NCBI GenBank assembly: GCA_951406725.2
Contig: OX597823.1
Location: 70,742,001 to 70,806,000, forward strand
Reading direction: 5' to 3'
Length of the DNA stretch: 64,000 nucleotides
Source of the DNA: Octopus vulgaris
Lineage: Eukaryota
Part shown: positions 37,393 to 49,439 of the stretch, piece after piece
Layout of the letters: every line of letters starts with the position of its first letter
How positions within the stretch are numbered: position 1 is the stretch's first letter
Notes under the pieces: model-generated
Databases searched by the model: none
Told to the model about the DNA's origin: nothing
The model's input: only the letters and a program-made list of their open reading frames with translations
Program-made: the position numbers and the translations under genes

Positions 37393-39184
37393 AGGCACAG
37401 GAGTGGGTGTGTAGTAAGAAGCTTGGTTTCCATTTTTTTCTCTATCCGGAGGTCTGGAGCAATCCAGACTCCGAACAGCTTAACAGGACCTTCACGGAGT
37501 CTGGATTCGTCCAGACCTCCCGATAGAGAAAAATTGGAGTGAGGTGGCCAGCAAGGTGACTGCTCTAACACGGGCCTGGTCTGGTCGGGCTTTATCCTTG
37601 CTAAGGAAGGCGGAAGTGGTGTAGATGTTTATAGCATCAGTAATCACCTACCGTCTGACCGTGGTGCCTTGCCCCGATTTGTGGGTGAACAAGTTAGAGA
37701 GAATCCTTTTCCGTTTTTTGTGGAAGGAAGGGAACCCACTTGTAAAGCGCTCTGTCTGCTGCCAGACCGCTAAAGGGTGGGTTAGGGATGCCTTGGCTGA
37801 AGATGCGAAAATTCGCGTTAAGGTTGAGGCATCTCTGGCATTACCTGGATAGAGAGCAGGTGTGGTCACCGCACGTTCGGTTCAACCTTCCCCAGTTAAC
37901 ATCCTTAACGAACATTGGTGCATGGATCAAGCGGAGACCTAAGCTGGGAGATTGGCATTTGGAGTGCCGTGAGGCACCTCAGCTATTCTCTCAGGCGGGC
38001 AATGCCGGCAGCAGGAGTTTCATCGCGGATTTCAATAGCGGATTAGTGGAATCTATGTCAGAAGATGCCTTGGGGGAGACCTTCGGGTACGATGAAAATC
38101 AGTTGGTCAACCTATTCAGGAGAACGTTCGGCCCGGGGTATCTGGATAATTACCAGAAATCCCTGGCTTGGCGGCAGTGCTTCCGTGCGGCGTTACCTGT
38201 ACGTGACAAGCTGTCAAGGCACGGAAGTGCCGTCTCGCCGACATGCCCGAGATGTGGGCAAGATAGGGAAACCGTCTTGCACGCATTCGTGGAGCGTCCG
38301 GAGTTATCGGGACTGAGAGCTGTTGTCGAACAATTGTTCAGTGATGGGAAGAGTACGGCTACCAGCTGAGTCTATCATCGAGATTGTACCGCCTCCTTTC
38401 CTTAACAGGGAAAGGAAGGCTTGTTTTCTCTGCGTAGCAGCCATACTGAAAGAAACAGTATGGAAGACGCGTCTGAAAGGTATAGTGACAGGTACCTTTG
38501 TCTCTGGCCAGGGGTTGGTTAACTTTTTTAGTTACCACCTCGGTAGTAAGATCAGGCTGGAGAAGAAGTGTCTGTCACGAGATATGTTTGTGAAAAGATG
38601 GAAGCCTGTGGTGAGCAAGCTGGGTGCAATTGGCACCATGTAAGTGAGGTCGGGTTAAAAAGTAAAGGTTCTACCCAAATGGTCGGATGCCTTTCTTTCA
38701 ACCCTCCTTATTGCGGAACGCAATGACTTATTCAAAATTTAAAATTTTTATTGTATATTTCATCGATTCATTTTTTCATCCGATTGATTTGATATTTTTA
38801 AAACGTAAAAGCTTCTTCACCCTTTATGTTTGTCTGTCTGTCCTTGTTTGTCCCCTCTCTGTAATGCCTGTATGGCAAATCTATATGAAATAAAGAAGCT
38901 TGGTGCCCAATCACATGGTTCCGGGTTATGTCCGACTGCGTGGCACCTTGGGCAAGAGTCTTTTACTATAGCCTCGGCCGACTTAAGCCTTGTGAGTGGA
39001 TTTGGTAGACGAAAACTGAAAGAAGCCTGCTGGTGTGCTCACGTCCCCGTAACTTAGCGGTTCGGCAAAAGAGATCGATAGAATAAGTACTAGGCTTATA
39101 AAGAATAAGTCCTGGGGTCGATTTGTTCGACTAAAGGCGGTGCTCTAGAATGGCCACAGTGAACTGAGTGAAACAAATAAAAGA

Positions 39185-39185
<1 letters not shown>
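37393..39185 (+). mobile_element. SINE family A split by a LINE insertion (37393-37427 and 38893-39185)
   Basis: The head stops at AAGAAGCTTGGT and resumes after a duplicate of the same 12-mer. Confidence 0.85.
37428..38892 (+). mobile_element. 5'-truncated L1/Tx1-clade LINE with 5' inversion and 12-bp TSD
   Basis: RT C-terminus (GPVKLFGVW, EKNWSEV, ERILFRFLWK) and zf-RVT (LPVRDKL..CPRCGQDRETVLHAF). AATAAA at the 3' end. TSD 37416-37427 and 38893-38904. Confidence 0.88.
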
Positions 39186-39216
<31 letters not shown>

Positions 39217-39339
39217 TGGTTTTTAGTAAAGCTTCTAAAGGTATTGTTGCAATTTATGTTAATTCATACTGTTGTCAACTTGTGTTTTTCCTTCTACTTT
39301 TAATTCGTGTGCTGCATTATAAGAATTGTCACGGCTGCT

Positions 39340-39602
39340 TTCAATTTAACCCGATTTCACTTTGCTTGACGGGTGTTCTCAAGCACAACATATCGCCAAA
39401 GGTCTCAGTCACTATTCGTGCCTCTGTAAGGCCCAAAGTTCGAAGACCATGCTTGAACATCTCGTCCCATGTCTTCTTGGATCTACCTCTACCACAGGTT
39501 TCCTCCACAGTTAGAGAACGGTACTTCATTAAACAGCTGTGTTCGTCCATACGCATTGCATGACCATACCAACGCAGTCGTCTCTCTTGCATAGCACATC
39601 TG
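39340..39602 (-). mobile_element. RTE-clade LINE 3' fragment
   Basis: MQERRLRWYGHAMRMDE...GRGRSKKTW. Confidence 0.85.
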
Positions 39603-39849
39603 ATGTATGTATGTATGTATGTATGTATGTATGTATGTATGTATGTATGTATGTATGTATGTATGTATGTATATATGTGTGTGTGTGTGCGTATATAAGT
39701 ATGCATGTGTGTACATATTTTTTATGATTGGAGGGAAGGAGTAATAAATCTGTACTTGGATCCTTTTAGCTGAAGAATATTATTTATGCTGAATGTTTAC
39801 ATCTAGGAAAACTATGCCTTGTAGAAGTAGTTGGATGAGGTAAACTACA

Positions 39850-40520
39850 CTAAACTGTGAGTCTAATACGGCGAGGGTCCTCTTCTAGTTCGATAACAGA
39901 AAGTTGTCGAGATGCATACATCTGGTAAACATTTGTAATCTCGAGTTTTAAAGGTTGGCAGAGCTCGATCAAGTAAAATATAGGAGACAGAAGGACTTGT
40001 ATTATTCCAAAGATTAAGGTTAAATTCATTGAAATGATCCTATCTACAATAGTTTTACTAATACGACCAAGATCAGATTTAGTGGAGCAAATAAATCTGA
40101 TTGAAGGTTTAATGAGGAAATCAGACTTGTAATCATTCAGATTCAAGCGAAGAGGCTTAGGTGTTTGTGGCTCCGTCCTATTCTTTATATCTAATTTCTT
40201 ATCAGGTTCATAATGTTGATAATTAATTTCCCTTCAAGAGAGCTTTGTCAACCTTTTATTACTCTCGTTATGTTTCTTAGTAATAAAGTCTCTGAAACAA
40301 TACATATATTACCACTCTTATCAGAGAAAGCATGAACGTTAGCAGTTCGTTTTAATTCTGGAAACAAACCTTGATAGTTCCCTTTGATACGGGCTCAAAT
40401 TTGATTTTCTTAATAATCTTTAGCAGTTCATGTTCAAAGTTATCAAGGAGGTAATTATGCGGCGGGTCCTTATAAAATTTTAAATTAAGGTATTATTTTC
40501 GGTAGATTTTCTCGAGTTAT
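39850..40520 (-). pseudogene. Decayed Naiad-like PLE RT fragment
   Basis: LNLNDYKSDFLIKPSIRFICSTKSDLGRISKTIVDRI, homologous to the LKDHKxNF region of 15904-16254. Confidence 0.7.
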
Positions 40521-41251
40521 CCGACGTATCAAGTCATTGTTGTTTTGTAATAGCAGCGCCATGAATGTATCTCGAGATGGAGCAAGGATTACCCGTTCAT
40601 GGTGATTGGTGTTTATTAACAGTGCTTGCGAAAAACAACGCTTGACATATCCGGTGGATGAGAAGACTCTAGTATATATGTATGATAAATGAACACCAGA
40701 TAAGTTTCGGACTAGCCCAGTTTCTTAAAACACAGTTTCCTTGTCAAAGTAAAAAGAGTTTCGCGAAGCAAAAGTGGGTTTTTCGAAATGTATAGCTTGA
40801 GCGTGTAATGAAAAGATAAATTCGATATAATATTAAGTCAAATATAAGCACATTTGACAAAAGTACTGCCCTTGATACTTCTCTACAACGGTTTAGAAAA
40901 TTCATCGGCCAGTTAATGTAATGATTTGTACTATGGAAACAGATGAAATAAAAATATAGACAAAAAGTAAAAATTATTATCAATGCATAAACAGGATACG
41001 CTAATGTAGAAGTTTTGAAGTGCAGAATTTTCTCTTCAAGAGGATATGTGGTAAAATACAAATTGTATAGTAGTAAAACAAACAGGATTATTAGTAAAAA
41101 TACAGAGTAAGAAGGAAATTAATAGTGGTGAGGTAGAAAGAGCAAGAGGAAGGCTGAGAAATCCAGAACGAGAAGTAAAAATGAATGAGAAAGTGGGAAA
41201 GAGATAGGTATAGAAAAGAAGAAAAAGTTGAGAATAAATAAAAGAGCAATA

Positions 41252-42081
41252 TGTTGTCTAATTAATAAGTATCAGGACTGTTGCCATAGTAACGAAGCTA
41301 AAGCACGCAGAGCAAAGCTGCTTGGTACAAATTAATCGTAGACTCTGCTGTACATGCATACTAAGTTTTAACGTTCCAGCTCACAGGGCTTAGAAGGAAC
41401 GTATGTAGCGTGTGATTATCGCATTGACCATGACAGTAAGTTCAGCAGATAATCTGCATCAAATTTTTCCAATTGCTTGGTGATACCTGCTCAGAGGCCT
41501 ATACAAAGTTTTCAAAAAGTTTTCATTGTTCTCGACACAATCAAGGAAATCTTGTGCAACTAAATTCCTAGTGTGCTTTGGTCTGCTGAAAGCAGTTTTG
41601 GCAGATACGCGTCTCATACCCAAATTTTCAGTGACAACGGACTGAACTGAACCGTAACTCATCTGCACACCCTCTGATAACTCATGGATGATGATTTGAC
41701 GATTTCTCCTCACAGTTGAATGCACATCTACGATGTTTTTCCTCTGTGCTGCTGGTTGCAGGTCTCCCAGAACGTTCGTCAATATCGACATTTTTTCGGC
41801 CATCTTGGAAACGTCTCAACCACTCGTACACTTGTGTGCCACTTTCTGCAACTATGCGTAGGCGTTTGAGCAGGTGTCACCATGACGAATTTTTTTTTAT
41901 GGTCAATGCGACGATCACACGCTACGCACGTTCCTTCTAAGTACTATTGTAAACAGTACTTAGAAACCTAGTATGCATGCACAGCCAGAGTTCAAGATCA
42001 ATCTGTGCCAATCGTCTTCACACTGCGTGCTTTAGCTTTGTTACTATAGCAACAGATCGGATACTTATTGATTAGACCTCG
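41252..42081 (-). mobile_element. Non-autonomous mariner-derived element with long TIRs
   Basis: Terminus ...GATACTTATTGATTAGACCTCG|TA. HTH remnant VRRNRQIIIHELSEGVQMSYGSVQSVVTENLGMRRVSAK. Confidence 0.88.
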
Positions 42082-42980
42082 TATAGTCGGTTTGACACAG
42101 ACTAATCAAGATATAAATCTACTCTTGAGGAAAATAGAGTAGAGAAGGAAGAAGAAATAGAATTCAATACAAGGAAGAAAAAAAAAGCAAAAAGTGAAAA
42201 ACAAGTTTAGCACACCTAACTATGCGAGCGTTGAAATGACCTATTTAAATGTATTATTTAAACATTATTAATGTTATCATATAATGTCTAATAACATTAG
42301 CAGCATATACAATATATCTGATATCGAGACATAGAAGTAAATATAGCCACCAACTTTAACAGTAAAATATTTCATCTTTCGTTCACAATTTTATCACTCT
42401 TAAAGGTCATAAATCAAAGGTGTTTTGTAACTCTAAATGTAGGCTAATCAGCCTTACAAAACACGAATTAGAACTAGTTAGCATGTCGATCCTAGAGGCA
42501 ATGCTATATATGATAAACATCTTGATGTCTCTTCTACTGAACAAAATGTCTCAACAATAAATCGGTTAAGCAATATTACCGACAGGCAACACATGAAATA
42601 TATCCGGTTCTGTATGGTTGATTTTACTGCATGGTGTGAAAATGCTAATCTTTGCTAACACTATCATACCTATCTATGATATCTGATATGAACATTATGC
42701 ATCCAAAGAAATCCTTTTTGGTTTATAAAAATTTATCCTTGATCAAAAGCGAACAGAAAGGAACTACTTGTTCCCATTAGAGTGTACAATGAGAATAAAT
42801 TATAAATTATTAGAATGCAATGAAACTTTGACCGTTTGCATGCCTACATTACGAGGACAGCTATAAATTATTTCATGGCTTAAGAATTATAATCTTTGTA
42901 CAGTTAGATTTTGTACATTTTCGATTCAGATGCAAGTAAATTCTGTCTCGAAAACCAATGGAAAACAACTTTATATTAAT

Positions 42981-43852
42981 ACTAGCAATGCATCCAGGCG
43001 GTGCCTGAGTGTTATTACATACAAGCACATTGTATTATTTGCTCCTTTCTCATGGGCAGAATCAGCACAGCTGATATATAGCTAATAGAATGATAGAAGT
43101 TATTGTTTTTTAATAGTGAAGGTACAAATTGCAGGAAAGTGCTTTCTGTTCTTAAGAAGGATCATCGTATGAAAGGGGGCTAATATGATTTTATCCAGAA
43201 ATCACGTTTTCAATATCTAAATTTCCGCTATCCCCACCGTAATTTTTAATTTGTAACTTTTTTTTCGAAATTTTTGTTATCTGCGTAGAAAAATACAGAG
43301 ATTACGAATCTGGGAAATAGCTTTTCTTAAATAATTTTTCTTAAAGAAACACTCAATGCTCCTTCCTCTACCTCGCCCACCCATCACCTACCAGATTTCA
43401 AAAGCAAAGATCTCCCAGTCATTCACTTTTGGCTGATGTTTCCCGCATGCGTATGATTCTACTGAAATAGTAGACTTAAAAAATACCAGACCACCACCAG
43501 AAAACCCGGCATGCTAGAAACAACAGGTAAACGACATTATTTCTGAAGAAACTTGCCCATTTTCTAAAAAGCTAAAGGTGAAACTTTGGGAGTGTGTGGC
43601 TTTTTGAAAGTGGTGAGGTGATGGGTACTCTCTGTTTTTTCTCCAAGTATTACCAAGAATAAAAATCTGAAAAAAGTAGAAGACGAATTTGGGGCGGAGA
43701 GGGAGAAAATCAAAATATTGAGAACGTATTTTGTGGAGGAAATCGTAATCTCCTGTATCGCAAACATAGGACTTGGAAGAAATTTAGGAAAGAAATAAGG
43801 GGTATTCTTTATTTTCGTCCATAAATACATATGCATACATCTTTTTTTGCAT

Positions 43853-43855
<3 letters not shown>
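42981..43855 (+). mobile_element. Possible non-autonomous Helitron/Helentron-like element
   Basis: Start ACTAGCAATGCATCCAGGCGGTGCCTGAG resembles 54679 ACTAGCAGAGATACCCGGCGTTGCCCG. Boundaries are uncertain. Confidence 0.3.
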
Positions 43856-43903
<48 letters not shown>

Positions 43904-45323
43904 GGTGTGTGTGTGACTGTATTTCCTAATAGCATAGAAAAATGGATGTCTTTTAATGCAATTTTCTTGGTTATGGCTTATTTTACTACAATATTTGTGT
44001 GTACATTTTCATAAATGTTTGTCTCACTACAATTCTACGCATGCGTGAAACAGCGGAAGAAAGTGAAACATTGGAAGCAAATCGAAATATTGTCCGAATA
44101 CGGCCTGAAAATTGTGCGACCCAACGTAGTTGCGGAGGTTATTTTATTTGCAAAAAGAGTTGTTGAGTCAAAAACATAGTTTATTTGATAGATAGATAAT
44201 AATCAGCTTTCTTTACTATTATACAGATGAGACTAATTCGGAGAAACATTACTTTCATTATTCACACATTGTCACTCCCGTAATGCATTACTTTGTAATT
44301 TGGGTTGAAATTGAATGAATTTTCTTTTTCTAACGAAACCTGGTCGTTGTAGAGAAGTATATTTGAAATAACTATAGCTGGTTGTAGAGATAACGTAGAA
44401 AGTATGTAAATGAAAATAAAGTATATTTTAGATGTGTAATTGATTTGATTGTTCTGGTCTTAATATCAATTGGTAAGAACAGAAGTCATTTGACGACACC
44501 TTTTGGTTTGTAATTGGCTCTCCTGTTGCAGGTTCAAGGGAAACGAAATGTAATCAATATAAGTGCAAAACATACTTTCTGTTGCATAGTTATGCTATAA
44601 AAAATGGAAAGTCATCAATTTAGCAAAAGTTACAATGCGTCACCAATGTAACAAAGTACAGAAAGTCAACATTTATTTGGAATATGAACTAAAAGTTATC
44701 AAAATTCCCGATTGAGTATCACGGTGAAGAAAGTGAAAATCCAAGAAAATTCAGAAGGCATAATGCAATTTTTCATACAAAAATGATTTATTTTACAATT
44801 TTGAAACGAGCGCTGAGCCAAGCGTATAGAAAGGAAGATGTAGTTGTTGTAATGTTAATTTAAAATGTTTGCTGAAGGATGTATTTAGTAAGATATAAAT
44901 TGATTTGACATTGCTACATATTTTTTTAACTGTGTAACGTTATAGGCTGTAGAACAAATACTGACTAACGCAGTAAAAAGGTTGTACGACGTTGATACTC
45001 ACAGTGATGAAGAATACAAGGACTGTTAAAAAAACATTATCTTGAAACTGGTTAGATGGAGTGGAATAACATGTCTGTAATAATATTGAAAGAGCCGCTG
45101 AAGCTTTCTACTTCACTGTTTCCGAATTTGTTATAATAACCAGAATAATATATTTTTTCAGATATATTTGCGAGTATTGTGAGCGGTGTTAAATCAGCCA
45201 AATCTTCATGTTGGTAGTACTTCAAAGTGAACGTTGTTGTTCGTGTAAAGTCCAGGCGGAAACTAAACTTTCAATATCGGCGCGTTTCATTGTTGGATGG
45301 GAGAAAGTTACAAACATAAATTA

Positions 45324-45399
<76 letters not shown>

Positions 45400-45799
45400 A
45401 CTCACATACACACACACACACACAAACATTAATGCACACCTGAAGCCTATCTCTGACCGTGTATGTGTCAGTAATCGCAAAAATGTTTGTATACTGACAG
45501 ACAGATAAACCGTCACACACACATACTTGTCAGTCATCGGTCTAACATAGGTAACGAACGCACGAACACACTCATATAGAAGATGTAACGTCATTGTCGT
45601 TGTGGTGGTGATATAAAATGTTTACGATTGGTGGCTAAAAGAAAATGACAATGTAAAATGTTTGTAATGCAAATATGTGAATGAAAATATAGTTTATTTG
45701 GAAGCCAAAAGCCTACTGAATCTTTTGATACTGCATACATCAAAATCGGCAACTCGGTTTTGGAATGCATAAGGAACATATGCCCACCCACAAACTGTC

Positions 45800-45891
<92 letters not shown>

Positions 45892-45989
45892 GAGATGAAT
45901 TTTCCTTTTTATCACAGCTCGTCGGCAAATGGCTCCCGTTTGGCACCCAGCTCTCCTCTGTGGCTACACAAAGAGTGTGCATGCGGCAC

Positions 45990-46510
45990 TAAGCCTGTAA
46001 TTGGGATAGGCAGGGTGGCATTAGCAGACCAACGAAAGTAGATTGTAAGCCCCTAACAAGATTAAAAATTTTAGTGTAATTCATTAAGGGCTACATAAAA
46101 CTGGATTTTTGGTAGGTTGTGCGGAGGAACTCCAACCAACAGCGGTAACGTTTTAACAGGCAGAAAGATGGCAACAAGCACGTGAGACACATACCTCAAA
46201 GGAGATTCTAACACGTAGATCGCTCAGTTCATCCTACTGCATCTCTGGTATACTTTCTGTTCTCTCGGTTCGACGTGCTACTGGTTCGGAATGGCAGGGA
46301 TAAGAGTGGGCTGCTGGTCGTCTGCACGATCCTACTTCATTACAATTCCAGAACAATGAACGTTAGGACTCGAACTTCTTCAAACCAAAAAATGGATAGC
46401 AGATCTTTCTTTGCAGCGGTCGAGATTTCGTACATGTCTGAAACAAGGAAACACCAATACTTCCGCAGTTTGATCACACGGAAGGCAAGTGCAGTCACAG
46501 ATCTCTGATC
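45990..46510 (+). mobile_element. LINE 5' remnant (UTR plus start of AP endonuclease)
   Basis: MNVRT....VEISYMSETR corresponds to the APE NVRT / SETR motifs. Confidence 0.55.
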
Positions 46511-46715
46511 GCTTATACGTGCTTCGTCCTCTGTTCTTGTGTTTGTGTGTGTGTGTGTATCTATATAAAAGGATATCACACCCATATGTCCTTTTGTTAT
46601 ACTCTCGCACGCACATTGCATTTGTATTCACCATTGTCTTTATTCCTTCACTCTCTCCCACCCCCTTTCTCTTCCTCGCATATACGCTGCCACTTAACAA
46701 TTATATACACATACC

Positions 46716-46946
46716 TATTTCTTTATTACCCACAAGGGGCTAAACATAGAGGGGACAAACATGGACAGACATAGGTATTAAGTCGATTACATCGACCCCA
46801 GTGCGAAACTGATACTTTATTTATCGACCCCGAAAGGATGAAAGGCAAAGTCGACCTCGGCGGAATTTGAACTCAGAACGTAATGGCAGACGAAATACGG
46901 CTACGCATTTCGCCCGGCGTGCTAACGTTTCTGTCCGCTCGCCGCC
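46716..46946 (-). mobile_element. SINE family B, full length, with 19-bp TSD
   Basis: ACAATTATATACACATACC at 46697-46715 and 46949-46967. Confidence 0.9.
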
Positions 46947-49439
46947 TTACAATTATATACACATACCATCGGCCCATACTCCAGTAGTGAAGGCTCCTAC
47001 TCTATCACATCTGCAAACATCTATATACATGCATACATTACACCAACACCCGCGACTCCCCACTATGTTCGCTGACAGTCACAGATGCCCTCTTATACTA
47101 GCATTTGCCGCCCCACCCCTTCTTTTCCAATTCACCTCCACTGAATAGCATTATCACCTGGTTTCAAACTCTTCACCCGATATTTTTTCATGAAGAACTA
47201 ACACCTTCTTTTTCCATTAAAGAATTACTTTATTTTTCAAACCTTTTGTTTGTTATCTCCTTTTTACGCCTCGTTATATTTACACAACACAATACACACA
47301 CACACATAAGCAAACACACACATACATGCAAGCACACACACACATATGCATGTATATATGTATATTTGTATATATGTATGTACACATCTGTTTAATGTAT
47401 GCGTATGTGTATGTGGACGGATGGTATTGAAGAAAGAAGTAGGTTTACCGTAGTCTTGTTGTATAAGAACAGAATGCATGAATTGTTTCGGTGAATACAA
47501 GACTTCAGAAGCAAAAATTAAGTGGATTTTATACTAACAAATCAACTTTACCCATCCGAGTCAAAATTGATTTCCTCGTGTAAAATAGTTATTCTTTGGA
47601 AATTGGTTTTCATGGTTTACCAGAACGGTACCGTTACTTCATTGTTTCATAAATTTGTTTATTTAGGCAGATTATTTCGGATACACCTTTTGCCACAGTT
47701 TAAAGAAGCATTATTTATTGTATTTGAGTAATTTCTTTTCTTTTGTTTCGTTTGCAACAAATTCTTCAACTCTTCTTTTTATTAGTTGTTATTTATTAAA
47801 TTCTGTTCTTATTTTTCATTTCTGTTTTGTGATATTTTATTCAATTTTTGTACTTTTCTTTTGTAACCCTAGTTTCTTTATATATTGAATATCTGATATC
47901 CTTTTACGTTTTACTTTTGAATTTTGATCATAGCATTATTTCTTTCACTCACTCATAATACATTTTTCTTTCTCAATTTCTTTTTATTGACATTATTTCT
48001 TGTATTCGTAATTTTTGATATTTTTGATTTAAATATTTTCCAAACGATAATTGCAACTAATCGTTATCTTCTGCTAGATAAAAGAGAAACATTATTTCCA
48101 AATAAACCAAAGACGTGATAAGAGACCCAAATATCGCTCGACACGAAAACGCGTTCTCATAGTTTGAATTGTTTATTTCATATGATCATTGTCACTTCAT
48201 ATGCAGTCGGAAGAAAGCCAAAGGTTTGATAGATAACCTTACCCACGAGACATCGAAAAGCCCTATTCTTTTTTTTTATATATTCTACCCTACTGGATTA
48301 AATTATGAATTTGCTGTCTCTGCTGCAACTTTACTCGAAACTAATCTTTTGCAAACATATATTTATTCCTTACCACCCATGTTTCATTTGCCTTTTTAAC
48401 AAATCTTGTGATAGAAATAACCAATTGTTATTCCTTTTCCCACAATACGGCTCAATTGTTTTACTTTCCGTTATTCCAACCGCAGATAAACGATCAACTC
48501 CATATTAAATTCGCTATTGTTATTTATAATGATTTCTTACATTAGCAGAAAATCGTACATTGTAGGTTTTATATAAAGATTTGTTTTTGAATTAAATCTC
48601 AAATGATGAAAACTTGAAGCCTGTCATGAAAAATTAAAAATTTAGAAAATAAAAACAAGTAGTTGAATATTGTAAAACATATTATCCTTTATGTTGTTTC
48701 TTTGCTTAATCTCAATCACTGTTTTAGTGAAAAAATCTTAGAGGCATTGATTCAATCTAATGCCTCTGTCGTTCAAGGTTGACCACGTATTTGCACCTGA
48801 AAATTTATTCTCTCGAATAAAGTCTTCGCGCAGCAAGTTTTCCATCTCCATGCCACCGATGTTGTGCAAAGGAATGGCAAGACCTTATGCGGCTTAGCAA
48901 TCATAACGTCGCAGGCTAATTCAAAACTTAAACAGATAAAAAATATACACCAGAGGGTTTGGCCAAACATTCTAACAGTTCTGGAGTGACACTTTATTTA
49001 TTAAACCCAGGAAAAACGAAATGAAAATGGGACCTCTGTAGGGTTTTCAAACAGAACTCTAATGACCCTATTAATCTAGCACCTCTTTGCTCAAATAGGA
49101 TAGTCAGCAAGTACTTCCAAACAGTATACGTTAGATGAACTTCCACAAAAGTGCATGAAATGCTCAGCATTTTCTCTTCCGTCAGCTCCGTATCTCTTTA
49201 CTGCAGCCTTGTTGAACCCGAGAAAATATTCAGTTTTGAAAAAGACAATTTCAGAAGAGAAAATGAATGCATTACGGAGTTCAAGATACCCCCGATCATA
49301 TACAGTAGCATTCATATACATTCTCAGTAAAAACAGTGTGCATTTTAAATAATTTCTCCCAAAGATTTCACTATTATTAAAACCAATATCGGCACAGGCA
49401 ACAAAATTTATTCTACATGACCTTAGGAACATTCTAAAG

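Noticed and set aside
44030-45180. Possible host promoter and small exons (ACGCATGCGT, GCGGAAG, splice-like sites)
   Set aside because: Short motifs only, with no supportable ORF. RNA-seq or CAGE data are needed.
48750-49430. Possible exon or hAT remnant (AALLNPRK)
   Set aside because: Single weak motif with no continuity.
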